A DNA stretch of 64,000 bases from an uncultured bacterium (GTDB lineage: Bacteria > Patescibacteriota > Minisyncoccia > UBA6257 > 2-01-FULL-56-20): positions 244,862-308,861 of the forward strand of contig OY970382.1 of NCBI GenBank assembly GCA_963719425.1, read 5' to 3'. The notes under the pieces were generated by a model. That model saw nothing but the letters and a program-made list of their open reading frames with translations. It was not told the origin of the DNA and ran no database searches. How positions within the stretch are numbered: position 1 is the stretch's first letter; each line of letters opens with the position of its first letter. The translations under genes and the position numbers were made by a program. Below, one piece after another: positions 38,632 through 47,424 of this stretch.

Positions 38632-40425
38632 ATGGGGCCTGAAACGAAAACCTGTCAAAATTGCAAGCAGCCGTTCGTCATTGATCTGGAGGATTTTCGG
38701 TTTTACGAGAAAATTAATGTCCCGCCGCCCACGTGGTGCCCAGATTGCCGGCTGCAACGGCGGCTTTCGTTTCTGAACCACCGCACGCTTTATAAGCGGA
38801 ATTGCAGCTCTTGCGGGAAAAGCATGGTGTCGCTGTATGACACCGGCGCGCCTTTTCCCGTGTATTGCCCGGACTGCTGGTGGTCGGACAAATGGGATTC
38901 AAAAAGCTACGGGCGGCCGTATGATTTTTTGCTGCCGTTCTTTGAGCAATTCAAGCGGCTAAGCATGGGAGTTCCGCGCATGTCACTTGAGGGGCTCCAT
39001 GAGACGTGGATCAATAGCGAATACAACAACCTTGCCCACGAACTCAAAAATTGCTATCTGCTTTTCAATTCGGACGTGGACGAGAATTGCCTGTATGGTT
39101 CGGAGGTGGAGAGCTCAAATAATTGCGTGGATACGACCATGATAGAGTCATCGGAACTTTGCTATGGAAGCATCAATCTCGTGAACTGCCACCGCGTGTT
39201 TTTCTCCGCCGATTGTGTGGACTGCCACAATGTGTGGTTCGGAAGAGACCTCGCGAATTGCAACGACTGCTTCGGCTGCACGAATTTGCGCAACCGAAAG
39301 TATCATATTTTCAACAAATCATATTCCAAGGAAGATTATGCAAAGGAGATAGCGACATTCGGTTTAAGTTCGCGGGCCGGCATCGCAGAATGCATGAAGC
39401 GGACGCAGGCGCTTTCTCTAAGTTTCCCCCGCAAGTTCATGCACGGGAGGCACAACGTGAATGTGTCGGGCGACTATGTGAATTACTCAAAAAATACCCA
39501 CGATGCCTACATTGCCCTCGGCGCCGAGGACTGCCGCTATGCGATGTGGCTCATTATAAAGCCGAACAGGGACTGCTACGATTTTACCCAATTCGGCGGC
39601 AATGCCGAGCGCGTGTACGAGTCACTCGTGTGCGGGAAGGGCGTGAGCGATACCAAATTCAGCATAAATTGCGTTGATGAGATTTCTTCTGTGACATACT
39701 CCGACCATTCCTTTTGTTCAAATGCCTTCGGCTGCGTGTCACTGAAGAAAGGGAACAAGTACTGCATTTTGAACAAGCAGTATGCCGAGGATGAATATCG
39801 AGCGCTCGTGCCGAAGATCGTCGCCCATATGAACGAGATGCCGTATGTTGACCGACAAGGAAGAGAATATCGCTACGGGGAATTTTTCCCGCCGGAGTTG
39901 TCTCTCTTCGCCTACAACGAAACGGAGGCGCAGGGATATTTCCCGCTTACGAAAGCAGAGGCGCTGCGGCAGGGCTTCTTGTGGAAAGAGCCGGATACGA
40001 AAAGCTATAAAATTACGTTAAGCGGTGCGCAGATTCCTGACTCGCTTCGGGATACGCCGGATGCCATCGTGGACGTGGACGAGGTGCTTGAATGCGCCCA
40101 CAAAGGACAATGTAACGAGCAGTGCGCCACGGCATTCCGCATCATCCCCGACGAACTTACGTTCTACAAGAAATTTTCGCTGCCGATTCCCAATCTGTGC
40201 TCCAATTGCCGCTCCGCAGCGCGGCTTGCGCTACGAAACGGACACAAACTTTGGCACAGGAAATGCGAGTGCGCCAGACAAAAGTCCGATAACGGCGCGT
40301 ATCAAAATGCGGCGGCACATTTCCACGCCCAAGGCCACTGTCCCAACGAATTTGAAACTTCCTACGCTCCCGACCGACCCGAGATCGTCTACTGCGAGCA
40401 GTGCTATAACGCGGAGGTGGTATAG
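38632..40425 (+). CDS. Cys-rich zinc-ribbon/solenoid protein, paralog 5
   Basis: Same architecture; C-terminal RPEIVYCEQCYNAEVV. Confidence 0.9.
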   Translation: MGPETKTCQNCKQPFVIDLEDFRFYEKINVPPPTWCPDCRLQRRLSFLNHRTLYKRNCSSCGKSMVSLYDTGAPFPVYCPDCWWSDKWDSKSYGRPYDFLLPFFEQFKRLSMGVPRMSLEGLHETWINSEYNNLAHELKNCYLLFNSDVDENCLYGSEVESSNNCVDTTMIESSELCYGSINLVNCHRVFFSADCVDCHNVWFGRDLANCNDCFGCTNLRNRKYHIFNKSYSKEDYAKEIATFGLSSRAGIAECMKRTQALSLSFPRKFMHGRHNVNVSGDYVNYSKNTHDAYIALGAEDCRYAMWLIIKPNRDCYDFTQFGGNAERVYESLVCGKGVSDTKFSINCVDEISSVTYSDHSFCSNAFGCVSLKKGNKYCILNKQYAEDEYRALVPKIVAHMNEMPYVDRQGREYRYGEFFPPELSLFAYNETEAQGYFPLTKAEALRQGFLWKEPDTKSYKITLSGAQIPDSLRDTPDAIVDVDEVLECAHKGQCNEQCATAFRIIPDELTFYKKFSLPIPNLCSNCRSAARLALRNGHKLWHRKCECARQKSDNGAYQNAAAHFHAQGHCPNEFETSYAPDRPEIVYCEQCYNAEVV

Positions 40426-40468
40426 CGCTGGCAAAATCGCCGAAACCGTGGTATAATGGGAGCAGAAT

Positions 40469-42430
40469 ATGGAGGAAGCCCCTGACAAAAACGTAATTTA
40501 TTTCGCACGAACCGATTTTCGCAATCAAGATCGGCTTTTTGGTATCAAGCGGACCGACCGGCGCCAGCACATGTACGTCATAGGAAAAACGGGCACTGGT
40601 AAAAGCGCGCTCCTCAACAATATGGCTGTGCAGGACATCGCGAACGGCGAGGGGCTTTGCGTCGTTGATCCGCACGGCGAGCTTGTGGAGGGACTCATGA
40701 GAAGGATCCCGGAGGAGCGAATGAAAGACGTTATCTATTTCAATCCGGCCGATACGGATTTTCACATCGGCTTCAACGTGCTGGAGCTGCCTGACCCGAG
40801 GTACAAGCACCTTGTGGCGTCGGGACTCATGGGAATTTTCACGAAGATCTGGGCAGGTGTCTGGTCGCCGCGCATGGAATACATTTTGAATAATTGCGTG
40901 CTCGCGCTCTTGGATACTCCAGGTTCCACGCTCCTTGGTATCCCTCGGCTTCTGACCGACAAAGATTACCGGCAGAAGATCATCGCGAACATAAAGGACC
41001 CCGTCGTGAAGGCCTTCTGGATCCATGAATTTGAAGGATGGCAGGACCGGTTCAGGAACGAAGCCATCGCGCCGATACAAAACAAGGTAGGCCAATTTCT
41101 TTCCACCTCTCTCGTCCGCAACATCGTCGGTCAGTCAAAGAGCACCGTGGACATTTTTGACGTGATGAACGAGGGGAAGATTTTCCTCGTGAACGTTTCC
41201 AAGGGCCGCATCGGAGAGGATAACTCCGCGCTTTTGGGTGCCATGCTCATCACGAAGATTCAGCTTGCTGCCATGGAACGCGTCCGCATTCCCGAAGAGG
41301 AACGCGTGGACTTTTACCTTTATGTGGACGAGTTTCAGAACTTCGCTACGGATTCCTTCGCGGGAATTCTTTCCGAAGCGCGAAAGTACCGTTTGGACCT
41401 TATCCTTGCGCACCAGTATGTCGGGCAGCTCGTTACTGATACTTCCACGAGGGTGCGCGACGCGATCTTCGGCAACGTGGGGACGATGATCATATTCCGC
41501 GTGGGTGCCACCGATGCAGAATTTCTGGAGAACGAGTTTACACCAGAGTTCACGATAGAAGACATCGTGAACCTCCCGAACTACTCCATCTATCTGAAGC
41601 TCATGGTGAGCGGGGTGACCTGCCGCCCGTTTTCTGCGATCACGCTCCCACCGCTTCAGGTGAAAACCTCCGCGGTGGTGGAATCCGAGATCATCAAAAT
41701 GGCGCAGAAGCGCTATTCCCGGCCGCGCGAGGTTGTGGAAGAGGAAATTAACCGTTGGAGCGGGGTAATGGGACCGCCTGCGTCTGCGGAAGGAGAAAAG
41801 AAAGAGGGAGGCGCAACAAGATACGAAGCGATATGCTCTTCGTGTGGCAAGATGACGACGTTGCCGTTTGAACCGACCCCCGGCCGGCCGGTGTATTGCC
41901 GCGAGTGTCTGAAAAAAATTGAGGCCGGCGAACTTCAGCCGGTGCGGATGCCGCGCGTGCCGGTCGCACGCGCAAGGCCGCAAAAGAAATACGCGGAAGA
42001 TTTGAGTTATCTCGGCATTGAATTCCCGGAACAGGGAGCGCCAAGCGAATCGCAGCCAGCGGTGAGAAGGGCGCCCGCGCCAGTGCGTCCCATGGGCGAA
42101 GGGGCGGGGACATGGACGCCGGTTTCCGGACCAAAAGCAGCTACCGTGCCAGCCGCCGCACCGGCTGCCGCGCCATCCGAGCCGGTTGGGCCGACACTTT
42201 CGCTGTCCGAATTGAAGTCGGCCGACCGGAAACCGAAGTTGAAGAAAACACAACAGCGCGAGGAGATTAATATTTCCGAGCTTCGGGAGGCGATCAAGGC
42301 GTCTTTGAACGCAGATGCCGGTGCGAGCTCCACGCAAACCGCCGGGACAGAGAAGGATGGTACTGCCCCCGCTCCCGTCCACGCTGGCGAGGAGGAGGAA
42401 AACGGCGAAGAGGAGCACTTGACGCGCTAA
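40469..42430 (+). CDS. VirD4/TraG-like ATPase, copy B, with C-terminal CxxC-x17-CxxC zinc module and low-complexity tail
   Basis: RRQHMYVIGKTGTGKS, DPHGE, LYVDEFQN, SEARKY; CSSC-GKMTTLPFEPTPGRPVY-CREC. Confidence 0.92.
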   Translation: MEEAPDKNVIYFARTDFRNQDRLFGIKRTDRRQHMYVIGKTGTGKSALLNNMAVQDIANGEGLCVVDPHGELVEGLMRRIPEERMKDVIYFNPADTDFHIGFNVLELPDPRYKHLVASGLMGIFTKIWAGVWSPRMEYILNNCVLALLDTPGSTLLGIPRLLTDKDYRQKIIANIKDPVVKAFWIHEFEGWQDRFRNEAIAPIQNKVGQFLSTSLVRNIVGQSKSTVDIFDVMNEGKIFLVNVSKGRIGEDNSALLGAMLITKIQLAAMERVRIPEEERVDFYLYVDEFQNFATDSFAGILSEARKYRLDLILAHQYVGQLVTDTSTRVRDAIFGNVGTMIIFRVGATDAEFLENEFTPEFTIEDIVNLPNYSIYLKLMVSGVTCRPFSAITLPPLQVKTSAVVESEIIKMAQKRYSRPREVVEEEINRWSGVMGPPASAEGEKKEGGATRYEAICSSCGKMTTLPFEPTPGRPVYCRECLKKIEAGELQPVRMPRVPVARARPQKKYAEDLSYLGIEFPEQGAPSESQPAVRRAPAPVRPMGEGAGTWTPVSGPKAATVPAAAPAAAPSEPVGPTLSLSELKSADRKPKLKKTQQREEINISELREAIKASLNADAGASSTQTAGTEKDGTAPAPVHAGEEEENGEEEHLTR

Positions 42431-42454
42431 AGAGATGCGATTAGGATAAAAGAA

Positions 42455-42529
42455 ATGAAACCTTTCACCCCCAAGTTTTACTTCTGGTTTAGCACGCAAC
42501 CTCTCTCGAAGAAGGGGCACTTTGTTTAA
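42455..42529 (+). promoter_or_regulatory. Candidate attenuator leader peptide MKPFTPKFYFWFSTQPLSKKGHFV
   Basis: TAGGAT 7 nt before the ATG; run of F-Y-F-W-F codons; alternative pairings with the downstream terminator. Confidence 0.45.
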
Positions 42530-42552
42530 CCGTTCACACGCGATTTCCCAAC

Positions 42553-42586
42553 AAACAACCTCTTCTTCGGAAGAGGTTGTTTCGTT
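42553..42586 (+). terminator. Terminator hairpin with UUCG loop
   Basis: aaacaacctcttc-ttcg-gaagaggttgttt, perfect 13-bp stem with U-rich 3' side. Confidence 0.75.
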
Positions 42587-42637
42587 CCAACAGCACTTTT
42601 CCGAGAAGTTCTTCAAATCCAAATACGAGAGGAAGAT

Positions 42638-42946
42638 ATGATACGAAAGATATGGTTGTGGGGGAAGAAAGAGTTCGCTAAGATAAGATACAAAATTTGT
42701 CTCCTGATAGCACGGGCAGAGGCAAAATGGTGGCTAGCTGGAATCCCAAAGGACCAGCGGAAGTCGGCCGGCGATTACTTGCACGCATTTCGGTGCGAAA
42801 GCCGCGAGCACAGAATTGAGGCGATGAGGGACAATAGGCTTGCTTTGCCAACCTCAGTCGCCCATCCCAAAATGACCTCACCGCGCCGTTTCCAATTATT
42901 TTGGGGAGCAGCGATGGGGATGACGAGGCAAAAAGGAAAGAAGTAG
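42638..42946 (+). CDS. Basic hypothetical protein
   Basis: GAGAGGA upstream of the ATG; followed by the hairpin cccctggcgc..gcgccagggg plus U tract. Confidence 0.55.
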   Translation: MIRKIWLWGKKEFAKIRYKICLLIARAEAKWWLAGIPKDQRKSAGDYLHAFRCESREHRIEAMRDNRLALPTSVAHPKMTSPRRFQLFWGAAMGMTRQKGKK

Positions 42947-43083
42947 GAAGCTGTTCCTCCGCATTTATTAAGGGTATTGCCCCCCCCTGGCGCATGCATG
43001 CACGATCGCACGACGCGCCAGGGGTTGCTTTTTTATAAGGGTGTATAATGGAGGTAAAAAGGTCGGGAATAAAAACCACGCAT

Positions 43084-43374
43084 ATGGCGAAACAGGTTAT
43101 TAAGAAAGGCGGAAAGCGCGAGCCGTTTCGGGCCGAGAAGTTGAAAAAGTCCGTCCGCATGGCGTGCAAGGATGCTCATGTGGGTGCAGTGCGGGCGAGG
43201 AAAGTGGTGACGAAGGTCGCGGGCCCCGTGCTGCGCTTTGCGGCAAAGAGGAAAACCGTCAAGGTCGCAACATTGCGGAAGAAAGTGATCGCGGGATTGC
43301 GAAAGATTGAACCGACTGTGGCGAAGGCATGGCTTCGGTACGAGCGTAGGCGGCGGGTCCACAGACGCCGGTGA
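43084..43374 (+). CDS. Stand-alone ATP-cone domain protein, extremely basic
   Basis: VIKKGGKREPF.AEKLKKSVRMA..V.TLRKKV..L..A..W.RY pattern; own TATAAT promoter at 43044. Confidence 0.75.
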   Translation: MAKQVIKKGGKREPFRAEKLKKSVRMACKDAHVGAVRARKVVTKVAGPVLRFAAKRKTVKVATLRKKVIAGLRKIEPTVAKAWLRYERRRRVHRRR

Positions 43375-43394
43375 TGGCCGGGGCGCGAGACGCG

Positions 43395-43430
43395 CAACAA
43401 AAAACGGCGCCCATGCGCCGTTTTTTGTTG
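43395..43430. terminator. Bidirectional terminator
   Basis: caacaaaaaacggcgc-ccat-gcgccgttttttgttg between convergent genes. Confidence 0.85.
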
Positions 43431-43440
43431 AGAACTTTTT

Positions 43441-44589
43441 TTATCGCCCGAATCTGTTCTTAAAAAGGTTTTGCAGATTCTGCATCTGTTGGAAGAGCTG
43501 GTTCAGGCGATTAGTGAAGTCGTTTGTGTTGGGACCGTTGGGACCACTTGTGCTGTTTCCATTTCCATTCTCATTTCCGTAGTGATTCCCATTATTTTCG
43601 TTGCCGCCGAACGAACCGTTCATGTTCCCGTGCGGCGGCATGTTCGTACGCCGAACGGTGATACTGTAATCGCGAATGACGGTTGCGTTCACAACGAGCG
43701 GGGAGCCGGCAGAGACCAATCCCGAAACGCCAAGCTGATCTCCTGTTTGGAGCTGACTCACGTCAAATGCCCCACCGCTTCCGCCTCCGCGGAGATAGAA
43801 TTCAGGCCTCGCACCTCCGTTGGTGGACGATGCGACATTCACCGTATAGGTGATGCCCCAGATCGTTGCCGTGAATAAATTCCCGCTTACGCTCTGCACA
43901 ATGAGATCGCGCGCAAGGAAGTTGCCGTTCGGGCCGATTTGGAGCTCCGGTGGAAGATTGACCGAGGTATGCGTCGGAGGAGTGGTAGATGCACTCGTGC
44001 CGAAATACGTGACTGTCCCATAACACGAACCGTTGGCTATGGTTGAGGAAGCATCCGTTGCACGGACGCTCGCGCTATATGTGCCATTTGCTCCGTACGT
44101 TGCCGTGATCGAGGTGCTCGTGCTGCCCGCGACGCTCGCATCGCCCGACCAGAGGTAGGTATAAGGAGCGACACCGCCGCTCGAGGATGCTGTCCAGACA
44201 ATCGTATTATTGAATACGCTGGCTGTGCAGGACGCCTGGAGGGGAGGAGGGGTAACAATAGAGGTGATAACCCCGTAACACGAACCAGTGGCCACACTTG
44301 AAGATGCATCCGTTACTTTAACGCTTGCGCTGTAGGTGCCGTTTGCGCCATAGGTTCCCGTGATCGAGGTGCTCGTGCTGCCCGCGACGCTCGCATCGCC
44401 CGACCAGAGGTAGGTATAAGGAGCAACGCCGCCGCTCGTGGGAGCCGTCCAGGTAATCGTGTTGTTAGACACCGAAGCTACGCAATTTGTTTGGAGCGTA
44501 GCGGTTTGGGCACTGGCGAAGGATACGCCGATAATGATCGCTGCAAATGCAGTAGTAACTATTGCACCGATAATAATCTTACGTTTCAT
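43441..44589 (-). CDS. Secreted protein with two PKD/Ig-like repeats and Asn/Gly-rich tail
   Basis: Signal peptide ending SFASA; two 85-aa repeats (SGGVAPYTYLWSGD..GTYSASV). Confidence 0.85.
   Translation of the reverse strand: MKRKIIIGAIVTTAFAAIIIGVSFASAQTATLQTNCVASVSNNTITWTAPTSGGVAPYTYLWSGDASVAGSTSTSITGTYGANGTYSASVKVTDASSSVATGSCYGVITSIVTPPPLQASCTASVFNNTIVWTASSSGGVAPYTYLWSGDASVAGSTSTSITATYGANGTYSASVRATDASSTIANGSCYGTVTYFGTSASTTPPTHTSVNLPPELQIGPNGNFLARDLIVQSVSGNLFTATIWGITYTVNVASSTNGGARPEFYLRGGGSGGAFDVSQLQTGDQLGVSGLVSAGSPLVVNATVIRDYSITVRRTNMPPHGNMNGSFGGNENNGNHYGNENGNGNSTSGPNGPNTNDFTNRLNQLFQQMQNLQNLFKNRFGR
44103..44424. repeat. 67-bp identical block repeated at 255-bp spacing
   Basis: 44103-44169 equals 44358-44424. 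Confidence 0.85.
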
Positions 44590-44664
44590 GGTAGTGATTT
44601 ACTTGATCGACCTTTCGCTTGGATTATACGAAGATTGCTGCCGATTAGTTACACGAACGGTGTT

Positions 44665-46494
44665 TTAGTGAATCCACCCTGGCTCATCCGTCTCGTCGAG
44701 CGGGCTTGCCCCTTCGCCTTCGCGGAATCCTCCGGCCTGGATGCTCCAGAGTTTCTTATAGAGGCCACCTTGTGCAAGGAGTTTCCGATGGCTTCCTTGT
44801 GCCACGATTTTTCCCCGTTCAATGACGATGATGCGGTCCATTTTCATGATGGTGGAAAGGCGATGGGCGATCACGAGGACGGTTTTCCCCTTCATAAGGG
44901 TTTGAAGGGCGTCCTGAATGAGCGCTTCGGATTCGGAATCCAGGCTGGAAGTGGCTTCGTCCAACATGAGAATCGGCGCGTTTTTCAAGATCGCACGCGC
45001 GATTGCTACACGTTGGCGTTCGCCGCCCGAAAGTTTTACACCACGCTCTCCCACAAAGGTTTGGTATCCTTCCGGCAGCGCCGAAATGAATTCATGGCAG
45101 TGCGCTTTCTTGGCGGCTGCTATTACTTCTTTATCGCTTGCTTCGCGGCGGCCGTAGCGAATGTTTTCCATAAGCGTTCTATGAAAGAGAATAGGTTCCT
45201 GCGGCACGAAGGCGATGGCGTTCCGCAAGCTGTCTTGCGTAACTGCGGTAATGTTCTGCCCGTCTATTTCAATTCCGCCCTTTTGCATGTCATAGAGACG
45301 CAAGAGGAGTTTTGTGATGGTTGTTTTGCCGGCTCCCGACGGCCCCACAAACGCAAGCTTTTCGCCGCTCTTCACAAGCAGATCGAAATCCTGCAGTACG
45401 GGCCTGCCTTTGTAAAAATAGAAATCAACGTGCTTGAACGCGAGCTCCGCATGAGTCACCTTAAGCTGCGCGGCATTCGGGCGATCCTGGATCTCGTGGG
45501 GAGTTTTCAAGATTTCCACCATTTCCACCGCATCCGCGTAGGCGTCGTAGAAGCGACGGATATCCCGATTCATTCCTGCCAGCTGGTCAAAAAGGCCAAG
45601 GAGATAGCTTTGGATCAATACGAAATCGCCAATGGTGATGAGCTGCCGTTCCCAAAAGATCACCGCGCCATAGAGAAGGCCAATGTTGATGCCAAGCATG
45701 AGGATGCCCTGTACGGACCAGATGAGCTCGTCGGCGTTCCAGGAGCGCATCACCGTCTTGCGCCAAAATTCCACGACGCCCCCGAAAAGATTGAGTTCAA
45801 ACGCACTGCCGGAGAAAAGCGTGATTGTGTTCTGGTTTGAAATAGCGTCCGCAAGCGCCCCTACCATCCTGCTGTCCGCTTCGGAGCGCGCGACGCGGAG
45901 CGGTTGCCGCAGGCGTGCCACGAAGACCTGGAAAGCAACGAAACAAATGACCCAGATGCCGAGCGCGATGCCGAGCGTGTGATTGCGGAGAAAAAGAACC
46001 GCTACGACGCCGATCACGAAGATAATAGCAGGAAAGAACGTGACCATGACGCCGTCCATCATCGTCTCAAAGGAGGCGGCGAACTTACTCACCCTGCGCG
46101 TGAGGGTTCCGCTGAAACGGGAAATGAAAAAATGGTATGAGTGTTTGATGAGATAATCAAATGCGGTTGAGTAAAGCGACGCCATTACCCCGGAGTCCAG
46201 ATAGTTGAGGCCGTAAATCTGCGCGCGGCGCATGAGCCAGCCGCCGAGAGAAATAGCGGCGATGATGCCGACGAGAATAAGAAGATGCGGCGCCGTGTCT
46301 GGCGCGCCGTTGTAAGCGACGAGGATATTGAAAAGTTGGCGTAAGTAGAGAGGCGAGATAAGGCTCGCCGCTTGGATGCCGATGGAGCCCGCGAGCACCA
46401 GCACAAAAAGCCGCCAATGCTTGCGCACTTCGCGGATGTATGCGCCAAATACATCATTTGCCCGTACGACGGGTTTTTCGGGAACGTCCGCCAT
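44665..46494 (-). CDS. ABC exporter, fused TMD-NBD (MsbA/ABCB-like)
   Basis: 6 TMs; [39 protein letters not shown]. Confidence 0.95.
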   Translation of the reverse strand: MADVPEKPVVRANDVFGAYIREVRKHWRLFVLVLAGSIGIQAASLISPLYLRQLFNILVAYNGAPDTAPHLLILVGIIAAISLGGWLMRRAQIYGLNYLDSGVMASLYSTAFDYLIKHSYHFFISRFSGTLTRRVSKFAASFETMMDGVMVTFFPAIIFVIGVVAVLFLRNHTLGIALGIWVICFVAFQVFVARLRQPLRVARSEADSRMVGALADAISNQNTITLFSGSAFELNLFGGVVEFWRKTVMRSWNADELIWSVQGILMLGINIGLLYGAVIFWERQLITIGDFVLIQSYLLGLFDQLAGMNRDIRRFYDAYADAVEMVEILKTPHEIQDRPNAAQLKVTHAELAFKHVDFYFYKGRPVLQDFDLLVKSGEKLAFVGPSGAGKTTITKLLLRLYDMQKGGIEIDGQNITAVTQDSLRNAIAFVPQEPILFHRTLMENIRYGRREASDKEVIAAAKKAHCHEFISALPEGYQTFVGERGVKLSGGERQRVAIARAILKNAPILMLDEATSSLDSESEALIQDALQTLMKGKTVLVIAHRLSTIMKMDRIIVIERGKIVAQGSHRKLLAQGGLYKKLWSIQAGGFREGEGASPLDETDEPGWIH

Positions 46495-46503
46495 AAGAAA
46501 ATA

Positions 46504-47424
46504 CTAAAGCACGGAGCGGAGAAGCGCCATCCGGACGTAGACGCCGTTCTTGGTCTGCCGGAAGTATGCCGCCCGCACATCGTCATCCACTTCCTTTGCG
46601 ATCTCGTGCACGCGGGGCAGGGGATGCATGATAATGGCTTCTTTCTTCAACATCGCAAGCACTGCACTGTCTATAGTGTAGGAATCCTTCACCTTGTTAT
46701 ATTCCGCTTCCGATTGGAATCGTTCTTTTTGAACCCGCGTGACGGATAGCACGTCGGTTTTTCCCGCAATTGTTTTGATGTCGGGGGATTCCTCAATGGG
46801 GATATTATGTTGCGCGAGGTATGCGGTGTATTCCTCGGGAAGCCGCAACTGCGCGGGCGTGACGCAGTGCACACGCACGTTGCGGAAAAGCGGCAGAAGA
46901 TACACCGTGGAGTGAACGGTGCGGCTGTAGCGCAGATCACCGACGAACGTGATTACCAAGTCATCTATTCTCCCCAGCTCTTTTTGTATCGTGTAGAGAT
47001 CCAGAAGTGCCTGCGTGGGGTGCTCTTTGCTGCCATCGCCTGCGTTGATGACGGGTACGGGCGAGGTGGACGCCATTCGCTCTGCGGCGCCCTCCTCCGG
47101 ATGACGAACAATGATCGCGTTTGCATAGCCTCCGACCACGCGCGCCGTATCCTCCAGGGTCTCGCCTTTCTTCGCGGAAGAGAATTCCTCGGCGCTTTCG
47201 GCAGAAATAACGTGGCCCCCGAGTTTGTACATTGCGGTTTCAAATGAAAATCGCGTGCGCGTGCTCGGTTCATAGAAAATAGTGGCCGCGATCTTGTCGC
47301 GGCATTCTACCGATGAAGGTTTTCCTTCTTGGTCTTTTTTTTCCATCTCGCCGGCGGTTCGGAAGAGTTCTTCAAGGAGTGATCGGTCCAGAAATTGTTT
47401 TGCGCTTAAAATGTGTTTCATCAA
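46504..47424 (-). CDS. pyrB: Aspartate carbamoyltransferase
   Basis: FYEPSTRTRFSF, KGETLEDT, NAGDG..HPTQALLD, MHPLPR. Confidence 0.97.
   Translation of the reverse strand: MMKHILSAKQFLDRSLLEELFRTAGEMEKKDQEGKPSSVECRDKIAATIFYEPSTRTRFSFETAMYKLGGHVISAESAEEFSSAKKGETLEDTARVVGGYANAIIVRHPEEGAAERMASTSPVPVINAGDGSKEHPTQALLDLYTIQKELGRIDDLVITFVGDLRYSRTVHSTVYLLPLFRNVRVHCVTPAQLRLPEEYTAYLAQHNIPIEESPDIKTIAGKTDVLSVTRVQKERFQSEAEYNKVKDSYTIDSAVLAMLKKEAIIMHPLPRVHEIAKEVDDDVRAAYFRQTKNGVYVRMALLRSVL

Noticed and set aside
33319-40468. Integron attC sites between the Cys-rich genes
   Set aside because: Spacers are under ~50 bp or overlapping, with no RYYYAAC/GTTRRRY foldbacks and no integrase
29267-42430. Conjugative element / ICE
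   Set aside because: No relaxase, VirB4/MPF genes, integrase or att repeats are visible
44491-45840. Long antisense ORFs (also 41135-42622, 49355-50827, 36447-37694)
   Set aside because: They lie opposite well-supported genes, a typical codon-bias shadow
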